20,579 nt of DNA from Halobacteriota archaeon. GTDB taxonomy: Archaea > Halobacteriota > Halobacteria > Halobacteriales > Haloferacaceae. Positions 15,965 through 20,579 of the stretch are shown here, in pieces. The number at the start of each line of letters is the position of its first letter. Within the stretch, counting starts at the first letter, position 1. Under the pieces are notes generated by a model that was not told the origin of the DNA, searched no databases, and saw only the letters and a list, made by a program, of their open reading frames with translations. The stretch covers positions 1 through 20,579 of the forward strand of contig JBNJGG010000034.1 in NCBI GenBank assembly GCA_051747545.1, given 5' to 3'. Both the position numbers and the translations under genes were made by a program.

Positions 15965-16579
15965 ATGCCCGAACGAGGGGTCGACGAGGAGAAACGCGCG
16001 ACGCTTCGGCGGTTTGCCGCCCTCGGAGCGACGACCCCGCTCGTCGGCTTAGCGGGTGGCGACCGCTCTCGCAGCGACGTTCGCGACGCAATCGTCGGCT
16101 ACCTCGCAGCCACACCGGGTGCGCACTTCTCGAAAGTCCGCGACGACCTCAAGCTCGGAACCGGCGAGACTCAACACCACCTGCGTCGCCTCCTCGACGA
16201 GGGGGCCATCGAGTCCCGACGCGACGGCGATTACCGGCGATTGTTCCCCGCTGGGCGGTTCTCGCCGTTCGAACAGACGGCGCTGGGGTACCTTCGGCGT
16301 CAGACCCCACGCGGGATGCTCGTCGAATTACTCCGCAATCCCGCCGCGACGGGGACCGACCTCGCCGACGCCCTGGACGTCTCGCGTGCGACGGTGAGCA
16401 CGTACGCGGGGGAACTCGATGCCGCAGGACTTCTCTCCCGCGAGGACGGCTACGCCGTTCGAGAACCCGAGACGCTCATCACGCTCTTGCTCCGGTACGC
16501 GGAGTCCTTCGACGCCAACGTCGTTGCGTTCGCCGACGAGGCTACGGACCTCATCAGGTTCGACCCTCCCGGTGACTAA
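15965..16579 (+). CDS. Winged helix-turn-helix transcriptional regulator (two wHTH-like modules) with twin-arginine-like N-terminal segment
   Basis: 204 aa. The N-terminus is KRATLRRFAALGATTPLVGLAGG. The wHTH patterns are DAIVGYLAATPGAHFSKVRDDLKLGTGETQHHLRRLLDEGAIE and MLVELLRNPAATGTDLADALDVSRATVSTYAGELDAAGLL. Confidence 0.6.
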   Translation: MPERGVDEEKRATLRRFAALGATTPLVGLAGGDRSRSDVRDAIVGYLAATPGAHFSKVRDDLKLGTGETQHHLRRLLDEGAIESRRDGDYRRLFPAGRFSPFEQTALGYLRRQTPRGMLVELLRNPAATGTDLADALDVSRATVSTYAGELDAAGLLSREDGYAVREPETLITLLLRYAESFDANVVAFADEATDLIRFDPPGD

Positions 16580-16743
16580 TTTCGCGCGCCGTCCCGACGA
16601 CCTCCCAACTTCAGGGGTTCCCCCCGTCGCATCCCCGGCGGTGTCCGTCGCGTCGTTCCCGGACGTGCTAAGCCGACGCGCTCGACGCTATCGGAGTCGA
16701 CGAGTTCGACGGCGTCAGAACGAACTCGGCTTGGTACGCCAAC

Positions 16744-16980
16744 CTAGACGCTGACCATCCACGTCGTCCCCGAGGAGTATCCCCACTTTTCGACAGTCAG
16801 GTCGCAGTCCCCGTTCCGAATGGCTCGCATGTTCGCGCCGACCTCCTTCGCCGTGAGGTCCAGGTCGTCGGCGATGAGCCTCGACTTGAAGTACGTCTGG
16901 GTACTCGCCCGCTCTTTGAGGTACGCCAGGATTCGTTGTTGCTTGTCCGTGAGGGTCGTCGTCTGTGCTGCTGCGCTCAT
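16744..16980 (-). CDS. Small (78 aa) winged-helix DNA-binding protein
   Basis: The track ORF 16744..17055(-) has a Cys-rich spurious N-terminus. The ATG at 16980 gives MSAAAQTTTLTDKQQRILAYLKERASTQTYFKSRLIADDLDLTAKEVGANMRAIRNGDCDLTVEKWGYSSGTTWMVSV. The pattern is HTH-like (QQRILAYL...IADDLDLTAKEVGANMRAI). It is divergent from the GT2 gene. Confidence 0.5.
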   Translation of the reverse strand: MSAAAQTTTLTDKQQRILAYLKERASTQTYFKSRLIADDLDLTAKEVGANMRAIRNGDCDLTVEKWGYSSGTTWMVSV

Positions 16981-17182
16981 ACCTACGAAGAGGACGATTA
17001 TTCCCTTGAGAGGTTTGGTACAGCAACTTAACACGGCGTTTGCGTTCGATTTCACCGTCTGGTCCCCGGCGGATTCTCACCTGAGTGAGCCGAGTACGGA
17101 TACCCATATACGTGCCAATAACCCGACACGGTCGTTGCGTGGAGACAGAAGGTACTTACCTCACTCTGGACAAGGAACGGTG

Positions 17183-19048
17183 ATGAATCGGCAGGTCGAT
17201 TCGGTGTCCTCCGCATCAGCGACTCCCGAGGTGAGCGTCGTCCTCCCGGCGTACAACGAGGAGCGAACCATCGAAGGGACCGTATCGACCACCATCGAGA
17301 CGCTCGAATCGTTTCTGCCGCCCGACGCCTTCGAAGTCGTCATCGCCGAGGACGGGTGTGACGACCGCACGCCCGAACTGGCCGAGGAGTTGGCCGCGGC
17401 CGACGCTCGCGTCGGACACTTCCACAGCGACGAGCGCCTGGGCCGCGGTCGCGCGCTCGAACAGGCCTTCCGCGCGGCTACCGGTGACACGCTGGTCTAC
17501 TTCGACACCGACCTGGCGACCGACATGTCGCACCTCGAAGAACTCGTCGAGCGGGTTCGCTCCGGCGAGGCCGACGTGGCGACGGGGTCGCGGTGGATGG
17601 CCGGGCACGTCGCAGACCGGCCGTCGAAACGCGGCGTCCCGAGTCGGGCCTACAACGTCCTCGTTCGGCTCTTGCTGCGTTCGACCCTCCGGGACCACCA
17701 GTGTGGGTTCAAGGCCGTGAGTCGGGCGGCGTTCGAGACGCTCGTCGACGACATCGAGGACAACCACTGGTTCTGGGACACCGAACTGCTCGTTCGTGCC
17801 CAGCGGTCCGGACTGCGCGTCGCCGAGTTCCCCGTCGACTGGACGCCCAAGGGCGACACCAAGGTCGACCTCGTCCGCGACGTGTTCGGGATGGGCAGTC
17901 AGATTTTCCGCCTCTTCTGGCAGTTGTCGGTGCGTCCGCGCGCGACTCGGGGGGTGACGCTCGGGGCCGGCGTCCTCTTCACGCTCGTCGCGCTCGGCCT
18001 CATGACACTCTACATCGACCCGACGAACGTCTGGAACGCTCTCACGGGTGCCGACCCCGCCCTCGTCGTGGCCGCTGCGCTCGTCTATCTCGTCTCGTGG
18101 CCGTTGCGTGGCGCGCGCTACCGCGACATCCTCGCCGAACTCGGCTACTACGAGCGCGTGGGCTTCCTCACGGGGGCGGTGTTCATCAGTCAGACGGGAA
18201 ACCTCGTCTTCCCCGCCCGGGCCGGCGACGCCGTCCGCGCGTACGTCGTGAAAGCTCGTCGGAACATCCCGTACCCGTCTGGATTCGCCTCGCTGGCGAC
18301 CGAGCGCGTGTTCGACCTCCTCACCATCACGGCGCTCGCCGGGACCGTGTTGGCCGGCCTCGTCGTCACCGGCGGCGTCGGTGACCTCGCCACTGCCATC
18401 TCCGAGGGCGTTCCCGGCGTCGACCCGGCGAGTATCCGAACCGCCGTCACCGTCGCCGCGGGCGTCGGCGTCGCCGCCGTCGTCGCCCTCGCCGCCATCG
18501 TCGTCTCCGCGCGCTCTGACCGCAACTTCGTCCGCGCGGCCATCTCGCGTGTCAGTTCGGACTCGTACGCCGACACGCTCGCCAACCTCGTCGAGCAGTT
18601 CGTCCGCGGCGTCCAGACGTCCGCGGGGAACCGCCGCGCCTTCTCGCGCATCGGACTCTCTAGCGTCGCCATCTGGACGCTCGACGTGATTACGGCTATC
18701 GTCGTCCTCCTCGCCCTCGACGTGTCGCTACCGCTCCCGTTGCTCGTCTCCGTCGGCTTCTTCGCCGTCAGCGTCGGCAACCTCGCGAAGGTGCTCCCGC
18801 TGTCGCCGGGCGGTATCGGTCTCTACGAGGCCGCGTTCACCGCCATCGTCGTCAGCCTCACGCCGGTCGGTGCCCCCGTGGCGTTCACCGCCTCGGTCCT
18901 CGACCACGCAGTCAAGAACGTCGTCACCATCGCCGGGGGCGTCGTCGCCATGCTCTCGCTCAACGTCTCGCTGACGACCGCTGTCGACAAGGGAGCGGCC
19001 GGCCGTCATCCCGCTACTGACAGCCTCGAAGACGGTGTACAGGACTAG
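17183..19048 (+). CDS. GT2 dolichyl-phosphate hexosyltransferase (AglD-like) fused to C-terminal UPF0104/MprF-like multi-TM (flippase-like) domain
   Basis: The track ORF starts at 16820, overlapping the divergent gene. The ATG at 17183 gives MNRQVDSVSSASATPEVSVVLPAYNEERTIEGTV..., the GT-A N-terminus. It has the DXD-type segment VVIAEDGCDDRT and YFDTDLATD. The C-terminal ~330 aa hold 7-8 TM helices with the LPG-synthase-TM-like pattern. Confidence 0.8.
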   Translation: MNRQVDSVSSASATPEVSVVLPAYNEERTIEGTVSTTIETLESFLPPDAFEVVIAEDGCDDRTPELAEELAAADARVGHFHSDERLGRGRALEQAFRAATGDTLVYFDTDLATDMSHLEELVERVRSGEADVATGSRWMAGHVADRPSKRGVPSRAYNVLVRLLLRSTLRDHQCGFKAVSRAAFETLVDDIEDNHWFWDTELLVRAQRSGLRVAEFPVDWTPKGDTKVDLVRDVFGMGSQIFRLFWQLSVRPRATRGVTLGAGVLFTLVALGLMTLYIDPTNVWNALTGADPALVVAAALVYLVSWPLRGARYRDILAELGYYERVGFLTGAVFISQTGNLVFPARAGDAVRAYVVKARRNIPYPSGFASLATERVFDLLTITALAGTVLAGLVVTGGVGDLATAISEGVPGVDPASIRTAVTVAAGVGVAAVVALAAIVVSARSDRNFVRAAISRVSSDSYADTLANLVEQFVRGVQTSAGNRRAFSRIGLSSVAIWTLDVITAIVVLLALDVSLPLPLLVSVGFFAVSVGNLAKVLPLSPGGIGLYEAAFTAIVVSLTPVGAPVAFTASVLDHAVKNVVTIAGGVVAMLSLNVSLTTAVDKGAAGRHPATDSLEDGVQD

Positions 19049-19104
19049 TTTGGAGACGGGACGGAGTCGTGGAAGACGGGGCCGGTCGCTGGTGACGCCA
19101 CCCG

Positions 19105-19857
19105 CTAGCCGTGGATGGCCTCGGCGACTGCCTCGATACCGTCGAGCAGGTTCGGACTCGGCTGGTTCAACAGCGAGTCGTCGACGACGTGGACCTCGGC
19201 GTCGAGGTCCCAGTCGCGGTCGGTGACGACGGCGGGGTCGACACGGTCGCCTCGACCGCAGATGTTGAGGACGACGTGGTCGGGGGCCTCGGCCGAGACG
19301 GTCGACGCATTCACGGCGCGAGAGCGCTCACCGGGGTCGACGAAGGGGTAGCTCCCCCCCGCGACCTCGACGACTTCTGGCACCCAGTTCCCGGCGGCCA
19401 TCGGCGGGTCTGACCACTCCTCGCAGTAGACGGTCGGACGCTCGACCGGGGCGTGTCGGTCACGCAGTACCTGGACGCGCTCACGACTCGACTCGCACAG
19501 CGCGGCCCCCTCGTCGGCGCACCCCACTGCCCGCCCGAGCGTCTCGAACGACTCGAAGACGGCTTCCAACGTCGTCGGGGCCGTGTGACAGACGCGGTGG
19601 CCCCGATCGCGCAACTCGTCTCGGACGGGTGCCTGCAGGTCGTCACTGGTGCAGACGAGGTCCGGGTCCAGCGCGTCCACGCGGTCGAACGCCGGCGTCA
19701 CCCACCCGCCGAGTCGAGGGAGGTCAGACGGGGCGTCGCAGTGTGTCGACACGCCGACCAGACGGTCGCCCGCACCAACGGCCCGGAGCGTCGCCGTCGC
19801 GCTCGGGGCGAGCGAGACGACGCGGGTCGGTGGGTCGGCCGAGCGTTTCTCGCTCAT
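19105..19857 (-). CDS. BtuF/TroA-fold (cobalamin/siderophore-type) substrate-binding protein without signal peptide
   Basis: The track ORF 19105..20367(-) is over-extended. The ATG at 19857 gives MSEKRSADPPTRVVSLAPSATATLRAVGAGDRLVGVS..., which matches the BtuF N-terminal motif (RIVSLSPSNTELLFALGAGDQLVGVS). It is 250 aa, and no signal peptide or TM helix is evident. Confidence 0.6.
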   Translation of the reverse strand: MSEKRSADPPTRVVSLAPSATATLRAVGAGDRLVGVSTHCDAPSDLPRLGGWVTPAFDRVDALDPDLVCTSDDLQAPVRDELRDRGHRVCHTAPTTLEAVFESFETLGRAVGCADEGAALCESSRERVQVLRDRHAPVERPTVYCEEWSDPPMAAGNWVPEVVEVAGGSYPFVDPGERSRAVNASTVSAEAPDHVVLNICGRGDRVDPAVVTDRDWDLDAEVHVVDDSLLNQPSPNLLDGIEAVAEAIHG

Positions 19858-19904
19858 CGCCTCCGACCAGGAACTCCCGTCGCATGAACGCATCGAGCCT
19901 GCAA

Positions 19905-20000
19905 CGATGATATATAAATAATGTGGAATGTGTCCACAGACGGCCGCATTACCCACGGATACGGCTCGTTCCCATCCGTACACCAATCGATTTATATGTG
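19905..20000. promoter_or_regulatory. AT-rich divergent promoter region with two TATA-like elements (tatataaata 19911-19920; tttatat 19991-19997)
   Basis: The lowest-GC segment of the window. It lies between the divergent BtuF-like and tfb genes. Confidence 0.35.
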
Positions 20001-20077
20001 CTCGCCCCGTCGGGAAGCTAACGGAAGGCTCTGGGCTTTTTCGGTTTGGTCGCCCCCAGAGCGCCGCCGTCACACCA

Positions 20078-20579
20078 ATGAGCGAAAAGACCGAGACGAG
20101 AACGATAGCAACCGAGACCGAACGAATCCGGTCGGAACACGTCGACCAGCGAGAAACACTTCGGTGTCCCGAGTGCGGCGGCAACGTCGTCACCGACGAG
20201 GGCCACGGTGAAACGGTGTGTGCCGACTGCGGGTTAGTCGTGAGCGAGGACTCCGTCGACCGAGGGCCGGAGTGGCGTGCCTTTAACTCACACGAGAGGG
20301 ACCAGAAGTCCCGCGTCGGTGCGCCGACGACGAACACGATGCACGACAAGGGGCTCTCGACCGACATCGACTGGCGAAACAGGGACGCCTACGGCAACGC
20401 CCTCGGCTCTCGGCAACGCGAGAAGATGCAGCGACTGCGCAAGTGGAACGAGCGGTTCCGCACCCGCGATTCGAAAGAGCGCAACCTGAAGCAGGCGCTG
20501 GGCGAGATCGACCGCATGGCCAGCGCGCTCGGCCTCCCCGAGAACGTCCGCGAGACCGCCACGGTCATCTACCGACGCG
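20078..20579 (+). CDS. tfb: Transcription initiation factor TFB (TFIIB homolog), partial; runs off the window end
   Basis: Manual translation gives MSEKTETRTIATETERIRSEHVDQRETLRCPECGGNVVTDEGHGETVCADCGLVVSEDSVDRGPEWRAF...NLKQALGEIDRMASALGLPENVRETATVIYRR. This covers the Zn-ribbon (CPECGG...CADCG), the B-reader/linker (GPEWRAF) and the start of the first cyclin fold. Confidence 0.85.
   Translation, partial: MSEKTETRTIATETERIRSEHVDQRETLRCPECGGNVVTDEGHGETVCADCGLVVSEDSVDRGPEWRAFNSHERDQKSRVGAPTTNTMHDKGLSTDIDWRNRDAYGNALGSRQREKMQRLRKWNERFRTRDSKERNLKQALGEIDRMASALGLPENVRETATVIYRR

Noticed and set aside
16820-17182. N-terminal 121 codons of the track ORF 16820..19048
   Set aside because: This part overlaps the oppositely oriented small wHTH gene and the divergent promoter. 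The GT2 N-terminus (VSVVLPAYNEE) begins right after the ATG at 17183, so the upstream extension is spurious.

Overview
This is a high-GC window with an acidic proteome and leaderless-style TATA elements, consistent with a haloarchaeal chromosome (Halobacteria). All calls below are made by eye from the sequence, without database searches.

The first half (1-10.3 kb) is conserved housekeeping. It holds a partial purine-type phosphoribosyltransferase (minus strand, running off the window start), a PhzF-family isomerase, PEP synthase (ppsA), an MfnA-type PLP decarboxylase, a YqaA/DedA-type membrane protein, methionyl-tRNA synthetase with a C-terminal tRNA-binding domain, and a long-form pyruvate kinase with a C-terminal PEP-utiliser mobile domain.

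The second half is a membrane and cell-surface neighbourhood, and is the more interesting part. A strong TATA box and a near-palindrome drive a Tat-signal, heavily N-glycosylation-sequon-rich surface protein of about 580 aa. That protein ends in a Thr/Pro linker and a PGF-CTERM-like anchor. Its stop codon overlaps (ATGA) the start of an unusual membrane protein with three parts. The first is a cytoplasmic Mrr-type restriction-endonuclease-fold domain whose catalytic motif looks degenerate. The second is a single TM helix. The third is an extracellular DUF4352-like beta-sandwich domain. Downstream are a small C-terminally anchored protein made of about 3.5 in-frame 30-bp tandem repeats (acidic MTDTDDTDRR units), then an NfeD-stomatin (SPFH) pair, then a double winged-helix regulator with a twin-arginine-like N-terminus. 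Further on are a small winged-helix protein transcribed divergently from an AglD-like GT2 glycosyltransferase fused to a UPF0104/MprF-like TM domain, a signal-less BtuF-like binding protein, and a TFB paralog that runs off the window end.

No rRNA or tRNA genes, CRISPR arrays or obvious mobile elements were seen. The many long antisense ORFs in the track are high-GC artefacts.
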